Shown here: one piece after another, positions 53,486 through 64,000 of the stretch
Position numbering within the stretch: position 1 is the first letter of the stretch
How the letters are laid out: every line of letters begins with the position of its first letter
Program-made: the position numbers and the translations under genes
The notes under the pieces: generated by a model
Told to the model about the DNA's origin: nothing
Database searches by the model: none
The model's input: only the letters and a program-made list of their open reading frames with translations
From: Octopus bimaculoides
Taxonomy: Eukaryota
Assembly (NCBI RefSeq): GCF_001194135.2
Contig: NC_068985.1
Span: 29,835,050 to 29,899,049 of the forward strand
Length of the DNA stretch: 64,000 nucleotides
Reading direction: 5' to 3'

Positions 53486-54714
53486 CATACATGTGTGTGT
53501 GTGCGTGTGTGTGTATGTGTATTTATATACAAATGCCTGAAGGTAGGCATTTCTTAGCACTATTACGTCACCGAAGACGGGGTCACTGTAATGGGATTAC
53601 GCCACATTCCTGGGAATGACTGTAAATATCTCCCCACCCACACTGCAGACCTTCGCGTTATCTGTCGAAACACGCACAAACACATACAAAATGTATATAT
53701 AAGTGGAAGCCGTTTGCTGCGGTCATTTTGGGATGAAGCCTTTCGATAACAATAACTAGATGAAAATATTAAGCAAAATAAAGTGGGAAGCCACTAATTT
53801 GGATAACATTAACCGGTTGATGGCATTGTTCAGGCTGGTAACACGCAGCTTCCAGAGTATGCATGTGTGTCTTATAAACATTCGAATGCGCAAACGAGAA
53901 AATTGTTTTCATCAACAATTGTAGTTTAGTCCCAGGCTAGCTCCTATTGAAAAGACGTATGACTGCGACCATTGCATCCATATGCACGCGCGCGCGCACA
54001 CATACGCACATTAGTTTACATGCTATGTACACACGTGCTTGTAAACCGACAAATTACCTATCGGTCTTACGTTTCACGGCATTCCTTCGTTACTAGCAGC
54101 AAACACCTATATAACTGTAAGACTAGCGGTTTCCACATGCTCGATATATCTCCTAAACAACTAAACAATAGTTGACTGATTAAATCTCTTCAGATTTCAC
54201 CGGTCTCCCCTGTTCTCTCGTCGACTCTCTGAAGGGTCAATTGTCGCCTGTATCGGAGACAGTGGATTGTATTAACTTCAGTTCTTATTATTTTATCGAT
54301 CATCGAAATCGACACCGGCGTGATCTGAATTCGGAATGTGAAGAGGCCACAAGGCATTTTGTCTGATTCTGCATAACTGCACGAGCCAATATGGGTACCT
54401 CTGTGTAATAGCTCGATCTGCGAGAAATAGCAGTCAAATCTAAAACTACACCCGCCTGTCCTTTAAAATGTAGTGCTCTAGTATGGCCTTGTCCGCGTGG
54501 AGGGTAAAACAAACTAATGAATATTAGATAATAGTAGTTCTACACATATGATGCCTTAAAAAAGATGTGAAGAATTTGCCTAGAATATGTTTGGTCATGC
54601 TTGTTTAGAGAGATCCAATATGGTTCAAAACAACGAAGTTGCACATCTATATAAAAAGAATTATAAGGGTAAAAATAGTTATATAATTAAAAAAAAAATC
54701 ATGGTATATATACA

Positions 54715-54985
54715 TCACTATATCGATTAGACTACCGGATGCTGTTATACACCACTGGTCACAATGCGTTTCCTCGCTTCGTTGTCGTATTTGAGAATGC
54801 TGCCACGACCAACATTCCTTTTAAACGGAACACTAGTCTGTCGTAGGGTTATCCATTTACAGCTGAGTCGGGTGGAGTAATGTGTTTTTTGCTGAAAAAC
54901 ACAACGCAGTGCCAGTCTTGGAATCGAAACTACAATCTTGCGAACGTGAGTGCAATACCTCTTACACTAGGCCACGTGCCTCCAC
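54715..54985 (-). mobile_element. SINE family F
   Basis: Minus strand begins GTGGAGGCACGTGGCCTAGTG..GTTTCGATTCC. Confidence 0.65.
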
Positions 54986-56607
54986 ACACACATCTATGTA
55001 TGTATGTGTATAAGAGAAATATGCCTACAATTTTTTTACAGAAACGAATAGAAAGATAGCAACAATAAAACTAAAGTACTTAAAAGAAATCCCTGTATTC
55101 ATTCATTCATTTAAACTCTCAGTCTATTGAGGACAAACGGAAGAGCTTTATTTAGTGATTTGGCTACTATATCTAGCAACCAGATGATTAATCCCCATCG
55201 GTTCGTTTTTCTGGTTGTTAAGCCACAAGTTAGCGTAGACCAAAGATCAACAGTGACTAAGTCTTGTATAAGAGGACTGCATTACTTAATGCGCCTTTTT
55301 TGAGATGGTAGGAAGTGATATGAGGGAGATTTAGCTGCTCATGCGACCTCACAGAGGCTTCTTCAGTAGAGCTGTTTACCCACATGTCAGTGCTGAACCA
55401 GGAGACCTATGGTAAATGACGTCCCAGCTGTGACTACCCCAACCTGTTTTCAGATATAGTGTATACCCGTTTTTTTTTTAAAAAAAACAATAGGGTATCG
55501 CTTCGAGAGATTTTTGGCTGTTATTTCTAGCAGGTCAGACGACTACATAGAGCAGAGGTTCTTAACTTTTCTACGATTCTCGACCTCAAAGAATTGGCCA
55601 ATGTGTCATCGTACCCGCTTTACCAGACTATCAAACTCATTATCCTAATCCAGTTATATTAGACGTTAAGTTTAGCTTTACAGATAACAAGGAACAGAAA
55701 AGAAAATCAATCATAAGGCGTTTTGAATTTTTCCTCTCAGTTTTCTTTTTCTTTAGGGTTCGAGTGGCATTTTTGGTTTTTGGTTCTCATATCCCATCTT
55801 AAGACTGAACCTCTAACGTGGAAGCTCCCTTGTTGATTCGACACCTCACACTTATTCTCTCATATATTCAAAACTGGTTTCCCTAAAGGGTGATAAAGTC
55901 ACTAAAATTTGCCGCTGACTTCTTTCGTTGCCACAGAGGCGAAGGCGTTTTTCTTCATTTCTTTCTTTCTCCCTTTCTACCGTTTTTTCTTTTCTTTCTT
56001 TCTTTCTTCTGCACAATGGAAACGTGATGGGTTTCACATTTATTGGTTTTCCAGTGTTAATCATGTCCACTTACTTATTTATTTAGTCTTTAGAACTAGT
56101 TCGTTGTTATTTGTTAGAATTCGCCTCTAGGGTTTGGGGATGTATACAAATATATATATATAACATATAACATAGAGATATAGCTATTAAACGTAGGTAG
56201 AAAGACTACTTCAGAAATATAATGCAAGCACAACACAAACTTAACTACTTCAAATAATAATAAAAATCCGTGTCTGTCTGTCCCTATCCTTCTATCTCTC
56301 TTGGCATATATACTATGTAAAATATTAATGATACACTTACATTATATACAACTACTAATATAACTGATACCTTCCACGCCCTTATCTTTTTATACCATCA
56401 TATGTTAAAATGTTTCATATTCGAGAACATGCGAATATGAAAACATTTTACAAACCCGAATGTTTGCAAGTGCGAGATCTATAAGTTTGTGCATGACTTC
56501 CTATCTGTGTGTCTGCGTTAGTTTGGAATGTTTTTCTTCTAATCGTTGTCGCCTGTAAAACTACTGTGTGTATGTGTGTATTACATCTCTGTTCTTCTCT
56601 TGGTGAA

Positions 56608-56685
56608 GGTAAAGAATACGCACACCCGGTGGTTAGGGTTAGAGTTTTTGTTAGGCTGAAACGGGTGGTGTGCGTATTCTTTACC
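56608..56685. repeat. Short inverted repeat (21-bp arms) around degenerate TTAGGG-like repeats
   Basis: GGTAAAGAATACGCACACCCG (56608-56628) pairs with 56662-56685 with a 3-nt bulge. Confidence 0.8.
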
Positions 56686-57148
56686 CCCACCCTTCTCTTT
56701 CACTCTCTCATATATATAAAAAAAAAACAAAAGACGAAGACAGGTGGTGTAGACAACAAACAAATGTATTAGTTTAACGCTCGGGAAGTGAAAAAGTCTT
56801 TAACACACACACACATATGTATAGAGAGAGAGGGGGGGAAGGAGGGAAAGAAGAAAAGAGAACAAAGAGGAGAAAAGTATTCGAGACAAAAATATCGAAT
56901 GATCACAATTTAAGGCACAACTTTTGAATATGGAAGCAGTTATTGCCTGACAATCCAAAGGGTGAAACTCTGGAGAAGTAGTTTCAGTTTTAATTATCAC
57001 ACACACACACACACGCAAACATATCGGTATGAATGGACAAACGTGTGTGCGATTGTAAATGTATGTGTGTGTTTTGCAGTCAGTTAACAGCTTCCGTCGA
57101 TCCGGTTGAACACCAACGCCTGGCCCTTGTGTGCCCTTATAGCAGATT

Positions 57149-57227
57149 TCAGTCTGTTGCAAGCATTTGGACCAGATCTCCGATCTGGGGACAATTTCCT
57201 TCCAGTCTCTCATCGGTTTCAGTGATC
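57149..57227 (-). CDS. Candidate terminal coding exon of an unknown gene (..ITETDERLEGNCPQIGDLVQMLATD*)
   Basis: Polypyrimidine tract plus TTTTCAG acceptor, GC-richer non-repetitive sequence, stop at 57151-57149; protein not recognised and other frames are also open. Confidence 0.3.
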
Positions 57228-59104
57228 CTGAAAATGGTACCGGGGGAAGAGGGGTTACCCTTCCTCCTCTGACTAACCCCCAAGATAACAAAAATGAGGG
57301 CAAATGTGTGTGTGTATAGAGACACGCACATATCTTAGTGTATGACATTCCCAAAGCCCTTATGGTTTAGGGAATGAAACAATCCGTAGACTAGGTGAAA
57401 AACGAACACTAACAAGTCACATAACACGAATGGTGGAGTGAGATATAAAAGGTACAGCTTCTCATCATACCTCTCCTCCAATATATTTTACCTTTCCTTA
57501 CCTACTAATAATTACTTCTTAAACATATGCATTCGAATCAACGATGGTTGCTTGTTTAGTTTTCCTCCAATCATACCCCAATCTTTTAAAAAGAAAACGG
57601 AAGGATACATTATGTAGTTACATAGTCTGGTGTTCCACTGCTTGAAAATAAAAACCAGTGGGATCGTCACGGCTGGAAGGATTTTGCCAATACAAGTTTG
57701 TACGCTCGATCAAAACAATAAAACATACACGCACATATATACATTTAAAGAGATTATTTGTATGATGAATACATACACACACATATACGTATATATACAT
57801 GCGTGTGTGTGTAAAAATGTGTGAGAGTGAGAGAGAAAGAGAACGTACGTGTGTGTGTGTGCATACTGGACAAACCGACAGAAATACAGGTAGAGACGGC
57901 TACATCGATTGCCAGATAAACACGTGATAGACGTTCAGACAAAACAAAAAAAGTTAGGAGGTAAAATAAGCTAATTTAGATAACCATATAAATGTGAAAG
58001 TTTTTTCCCCCACCATGTTTCCGACGAATTCTCTCTATACTTACAAAACGTCAGTTTTAAAGACGTCTTCTACCTCCCGGCAATATGAAACTGTGAGGCT
58101 CATGCATTTCTTGCGAAAGGAAAATTTTTTTTAGTCGTGTTGTTGGACTACATTTGATCCAAATGTAGTAAATCGAATTAATAATAGAAAAAAAAAAGCA
58201 GTTAAATCTCTCATATTCATCGTACTTAATAAGGAAATGAAGGGTATATTAGATAATGTAGGCCTAGACATACACTTAAAAAAAAAATCATAAATCTACT
58301 TTGATCATAAGTCTACTCGATCAGCGTTGACCTGGGGCTAAACAACATCAACGTCTGTGTCAAACGATGGAGTGTGATTTTTGGGGGAGATTTGGCTGCT
58401 AGTTCTAGTAGTACGAGCGACTATGAAGACTGCCTTTGTTAGGTGCTGTTTATATATATATATATATATATATTGTGTGTGCGTTAATCTTTAGCATTAG
58501 ATAATGAAACCACATAGTGTAAGTTGGCCAGTGAAAGAGAATGAGTCAAGAACAAGAGTGGGGAGGGAGGCACAAGATTAGAGAAGCGCAGGAAACGAAT
58601 AAAGAGGATGTTGTGATATTCATCCCATTTTCAAATACAAAAACAAAATATAATTTTTCAACATAGGCACAAGCAGACCCGGTTTAACCATTGAGCAAAA
58701 TATGCACGTGCTTAGGAGCATCAAAGGTAGGGGACACCAGAGTTTTCTTTTTTTTTTCTCGTCCGGATCTGCTATAGTGCCAATGTTGTAGTTGAATAGG
58801 GCTCCCAACAAGAAAGCGATGAAAAATTGTATTATTTCCCGTTGCCCTTTTATAAGTAAATATTTTGCATCTCTTAATTGGTGTTAAAAAAAAAAATAAT
58901 AATAATAAAACAGGACATATTTAATATGCATGTGGGTCTGCTGCAACTAGCCGGGGGACAACTTAAAAGAAAACCACATTTTTAATGATTATTGCATATT
59001 CAACACTCAAACAATAGAATGACCGAGGAGGTACCATTGTTGGGCTGCGCTTAGGATATCAGTTGGCCTTAATCCAAACCTGGGTACACGGGTTCCTTTT
59101 CAGA

Positions 59105-59305
59105 TATTGTTGTTTGTCCCTAGGTCAGTCCTAATGCAGCAGATCTATGATCAAAGACATTCCAGCTATGGCCACACGGCCTTTTTTTCTCAAGTATACC
59201 TCAGATATTATCCGATGTGTCATTCCTCTTTTTAGAACTTAGGGTGCAATTTGAGGGGTAATTTGGCTGCTATTTCTAGCAGATCGAGCGACCACGTAGA
59301 GACTG
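59105..59305 (-). mobile_element. Family E short element, well preserved
   Basis: Full layout from (TTG)n-TTTGTCCCTAGGTCAG to GCTGCTATTTCTAGCAGATCGAGCGACCACGTAGAG. Confidence 0.75.
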
Positions 59306-60814
59306 ACTTACTGGGTAATGTAAGGAGAAGGACAGAATGTTAAGTTGTAGCGTACATGCCTTTCTGAAAGGTAGATATTACCAATCTCAGACAAAGGGTT
59401 GTTCGATGGCTCAGATATCGATATGCTATTTGTTGTTAGTCCTGATTGAACAGACTTAAGATGAAAGGCATTCCAGTTGTGACTATCCCTTCCGTTTAGG
59501 AATAACAAGGACTACAATATCTATATCTTTGGTTGATATGCTGTGATTTGAGGGAGATTTGACTGCTATTTCTAGCAGACCGAATGACCACATAGTTGGC
59601 CTTCTCACTGTAGTGCATTCTTGGCTTACGAAAAGTAAACACGAACGAATTATACCATCACTCACGAAACCTTCGTAATTATTAGAGAAAGGTGTGAAGA
59701 TCGGNNNNNNNNNNNNNNNNNNNNNNNNNNNNNNNNNNNNNNNNNNNNNNNNNNNNNNNNNNNNNNNNNNNNNNNNNNNNNNNNNNNNNNNNNNNNNNNN
59801 NNNNNNNNNNNNNNNNNNNNNNNNNNNNNNNNNNNNNNNNNNNNNNNNNNNNNNNNNNNNNNNNNNNNNNNNNNNAACAAAAATGAGATACTGTGGGGTT
59901 TAAGGTTTTCTGAAAGATTTTAAGCAAATAATAATGAGTTTGATATTGTTGTTTATCCTCAGGTAATCCAAAATCCTACGCTTACTTCAAAAGTATTCCA
60001 GCCGTGACTGTTTCGGGTTCCCCCCCCCCATTAAGTATATTATATCTAAAACTACATTATCTAACGTATCGTATCTTCTTTACGAGCATTTAAGATGGGT
60101 AGGGGATAATTTTGTAGGGAAAGGAGTTCAGGGCCGAAAAAATGGATCTGTGTATAACTGCTATTTCATTTTATCGATCTCAAAAGGATACAGAATTCAG
60201 GTTTATAAAAGGAATAGAAGAAATGAGATTATGTGATGTTCAGGACTTTTTCAGGAGCCTAAGCGACATAACAGAAGGGGGCTATCGCTACAAAAACCCC
60301 CCTAACTTAACATCCCCTCAGACTCCAGAATTCGAAACCGGGTCGCAGACTAGATTCACCGAACCGGAAGCTTGCCCGCCACAACAACAACAACAAAACT
60401 AACAACAAAGGAAGAAAAAAAATAAAGTTAAAATAAAGACTTTTACAAACCTGTTTTTTTTTTATATATATATATTATATATATAAGACACGGGTATATA
60501 TAGATACGAGTATATAACAATATTTAGATAGCCTGAAGTGAATGTATAACAAAGTGTTCTGATAAAGTAGACTTCCTTCGCTTGTAAGATCTCGATATTG
60601 AAAACAATGATGATAATAAAGATGATGTTGATAGTGATAATGTTGTTGTTGATAATGATAATGATGATGTCTTTGTTATTGTTACTGTAGTCGTGTAAGA
60701 AACCATGAATAATTTTAGAAGTTGTTGGTAATGAATGGGACACTTCCCTCTGTTAAATATCCATGTCTGTGTACATATTTATATGTCTACTGTGAATATA
60801 TATAAACATATTGT

Positions 60815-60850
<36 letters not shown>

Positions 60851-62001
60851 TTGTTACTATATATTAATACTAAATAATATCAGTATTCTAGACATTTTTC
60901 ATAGATATATATATATATACATATATATAAATATAAATATATACGTATATATATAATTTATCTATATTCATACATATATATATACAACATTTATATACAC
61001 GCGTGAGTATATGCGTGTATAAGTCCAATCTTCTATGCTGCCTTTCAACACGACTAACCGCTATATACACACAACCTAGGACTGACGGGAAAAAGTTGCC
61101 GAGTGGCGGCGGCGGTGGAGGCTACCTGGGATGAGAAGAAGGAGGGGGAGAATATAGAATAGGGCTGCAATAACGGAGAGAAAGAGAGAGAGAGAGAGGG
61201 GGAAGTAGGGAGGGGCTTAGAAAAAGTAAGAGTAATGTGTGTATAGCAGGGTGGAGGGATATAGTTAGCTTTCCCTTGAAACTCTCTCCGTACATCCAAC
61301 TGCACCCTCCACCACCCATGAATTTTCCGTTCATCTTCCGAAAATGGTGACGTTGTATGTAGCTGGTGGTAGCGGTGGTGGTGGTGGTGGTGGTGGTGGT
61401 GAAGATGACGATGATGACGATGATGCTTGTGATGGTGGTGGGAGGGTCGTCACAGCAGCGACTGTGACTATANNNNNNNNNNNNNNNNNNNNNNNNNNNN
61501 NNNNNNNNNNNNNNNNNNNNNNNNNNNNNNNNNNNNNNNNNNNNNNNNNNNNNNNNNNNNNNNNNNNNNNNNNNNNNNNNNNNNNNNNNNNNNNNNNNNN
61601 NNNNNNNNNNNNNNNNNNNNNNNNNNNNNNNNNNNNNNNNNNNNNNNNNNNNNNNNNNNNNNNNNNNNNNNNNNNNNNNNNNNNNNNNNNNNNNNNNNNN
61701 NNNNNNNNNNNNNNNNNNNNNNNNNNNNNNNNNNNNNNNNNNNNNNNNNNNNNNNNNNNNNNNNNNNNNNNNNNNNNNNNNNNNNNNNNNNNNNNNNNNN
61801 NNNNNNNNNNNNNNNNNNNNNNNNNNNNNNNNNNNNNNNNNNNNNNNNNNNNNNNNNNNNNNNNNNNNNNNNNNNNNNNNNNNNNNNNNNNNNNNNNNNN
61901 NNNNNNNNNNNNNNNNNNNNNNNNNNNNNNNNNNNNNNNNNNNNNNNNNNNNNNNNNNNNNNNNNNNNNNNNNNNNNNNNNNNNNNNNNNNNNNNNNNNN
62001 N

Positions 62002-62060
<59 letters not shown>

Positions 62061-62339
62061 TCTCTTCCTTTTACAGACACATACACACATTTTCCGCCGT
62101 TCAACCGTTAATAGCAGCGGTGGAGGAGGGACGAAATAAAGCAAAGTTTAGGGATTCCCACCCTTCGGTTAAGCCCAATAGTAATGACTGAAGTAGTGAG
62201 GAAGATGGTGGTGGTGGTGGTCATAGTGGCGGTGATGAGGGTGAGTTTAGAAGTAGTGAAGGATGTGGTGGTGGTGGTGGTGGTGATTGTTATAGTAGCA
62301 ATGATGGTCACAGTGAGATTGTTGTGGTGTAGACGGGTT

Positions 62340-62552
62340 ATGTTATTAATATTGTTTAGCCCCGGTTTTGTCCTGACTGGGCTGACCTGAGGCTGATTAA
62401 CGGCGTTTCAACAATGACCATTCCGTCTTACATTCAAACAATGTATCGAATATTCAACGAGACCGCTCTTGTTTAGGATGATGATAGGCTGAGATTTCAG
62501 GAATACTTGACTGCTATTTCTAGCAGGTCGAGCGACGACTTAGATGACTCCC
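62340..62552 (-). mobile_element. Family E short element
   Basis: Ends GACTGCTATTTCTAGCAGGTCGAGCGACGACTTAGATGACTCCC. Confidence 0.65.
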
Positions 62553-62864
62553 GCTTTATTGTAACGGGCGCCAGAGGTGGTGATGGTGACGACGATGTTA
62601 GAGAAATTAATTCTACAGAGAGTAGTGGTGATGGTAATCAACGTAATATTGATAGAAGGATCATGGCGATAGTGATGGTGATGTTAATAGTGTTGGTTAT
62701 GGACGAATGGCGGTGGGGTTGATAGTGGAGGTTACAGTGGTGATGATGGAGGTTGTGGTGGTGGTAATCATAGTGGAGGTGGTAATGGTGGTAATTTTTG
62801 TGGTATTGGTAATAGCGGTCGTGGAGGTGGAGGTGGCATCGTAATGAAATAGTGAAAAAAGTAC

Positions 62865-62903
<39 letters not shown>

Positions 62904-63734
62904 AGAGAGGGTGTAAGAGAGAAAGAGTATGTCTCGTTTCTGTTATCTCTCGTCTCTTCCCTCTCTGCTTCTCTGTTTTCCTCTCCAAGCCTTCCTTAGC
63001 TCTCCTCTCTTCCCTCTCTCTCTCTCTCTCTTTTATCCGTGTCACTCCGGCGTCTCTTTTAACCGTTCCTCTTTCTCCACACCCTCGGACTCTTTTTCTC
63101 CCTCTCGAATCCGTCTAGACTTCGTCTTCTCCGAACCACACTCCTCTTCCCTCCCAAATGTCTCACCCTTCTTGCACCCTGTCAACTCTGTAAGCCATAA
63201 AACCTTCTCCCTTCTCCCACAGACAAACACGCCACTCTTTCCAGCAACTTCTCCTCTCTCTCTCTCTCTCTCTTTCACTCTCTCTCATTTATTCTTTCTT
63301 TGTTACTTCGTTATCTATTACCCTGTCTTTGCCTCTCTTTCTCTGTTACTCTCTCTCTCTCTTATGTCTTCCCAATCTAAGAGAATAAGTGCAATAGAGA
63401 GGAAGAGACAGAAAAAACAAAAGAGAGCGGGAGGAGGGAGGAAAGAGAGTAGGGAGGGGAGGGAAAAGGAATTGGAGAAAGAGACGGAGAGAAAGAGATA
63501 GAGATAGAGAGACAGATAGAGAAAGAGGAATTAAGTTAGAAATAGAAGTTTGAAGAAGTAGAACGGCGATGGAGAGTATAAGTAACGATAGAGAGGGATA
63601 AACGGAAGAAAATGGGGATTTATAGAAAATAGAGAAAGACTAGTGAACGAGGCCGGAATCTCTCTCTCTCTGTCTCTCTCTCTCTCTCTCTGTCTCTCTC
63701 TACCTGTCTATCTGTCTGTCTTTCGTTTTGTTTT

Positions 63735-63965
63735 ATCTCACTTATTTCGGTCAAATCGACCCCAGTACATATTTTTTTAAAATCTGATACTTGTTTTATC
63801 GTTAGTTATGCCGAAGCGCTGAGTTACAGGGGCGTAAACACACCAACAACGGTTGTGAAGCGGTGGTGGGGGAGGGCAAACACAAACAAAAAGACACACA
63901 TGGATACAGGCACATACACACATATATGGCAGGCTTCCACACAGTTTCTGTCTACCAAATTCACC
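63735..63965 (-). mobile_element. SINE family A1, partial
   Basis: A1 3' body motifs (CGACCCCAGTAC, GGGGCGTAAACACACC). Confidence 0.7.
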
Positions 63966-63996
<31 letters not shown>

Positions 63997-64000
63997 TATG

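Noticed and set aside
55553-55815. hAT-like MITE (CAGAGGTTC..GAACCTCTA)
   Set aside because: Only 8-9 bp of TIR and a degenerate TSD.
58666-59085. Possible MITE starting GCAGACCCGGTTTAACC
   Set aside because: The right end is ambiguous and no convincing TSD is present.
61087-61125. 39-nt minus-strand micro-exon (strong acceptor, GTCAGT donor; SLHRRRHSATFS)
   Set aside because: The donor is weak, and it cannot join the preferred frame of the 57227 exon without a stop.
50954-62144. Long ORFs of 250-340 aa in the track
   Set aside because: They consist mostly of X from N-gaps plus dinucleotide repeats.
62929-63501. 190-aa S/L/F/P-rich ORF
   Set aside because: Product of a CT-rich low-complexity tract.
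1-64000. CRISPR arrays, prokaryotic operons, rRNA genes
   Set aside because: No repeat-spacer arrays, dense ORFs or rRNA motifs; the sequence is non-coding animal DNA.

Overview
AT-rich, microsatellite-saturated animal DNA from a gapped draft assembly (9 N-gaps). The SINE families resemble those of an octopus/coleoid cephalopod genome (inference from recalled repeat motifs, not from a database search). I find no confidently identifiable host protein-coding gene; most ORFs in the supplied track are read-throughs of (TA)n/(CA)n/(GAT)n/(CCA)n repeats or SINEs. The window is dominated by several tRNA-derived SINE families, about 30 fragments of a non-tRNA (AAC)n-tailed short element, fossil retroelements (Penelope-like RT+GIY-YIG, RTE, CR1-group, HERO-like) and MITEs. 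The most unusual items are: a 476-bp insertion with a 13-bp TSD built from two divergent tRNA-Thr-like units (174-bp arms); a Merlin-like MITE with head-to-head telomere repeats at its centre; a degenerate Penelope-type hammerhead motif; and a CpG-depleted to CpG-retaining switch near 50 kb, beside a few candidate exons. Repeat boundaries are read by eye and are approximate unless a TSD or TIR is quoted.
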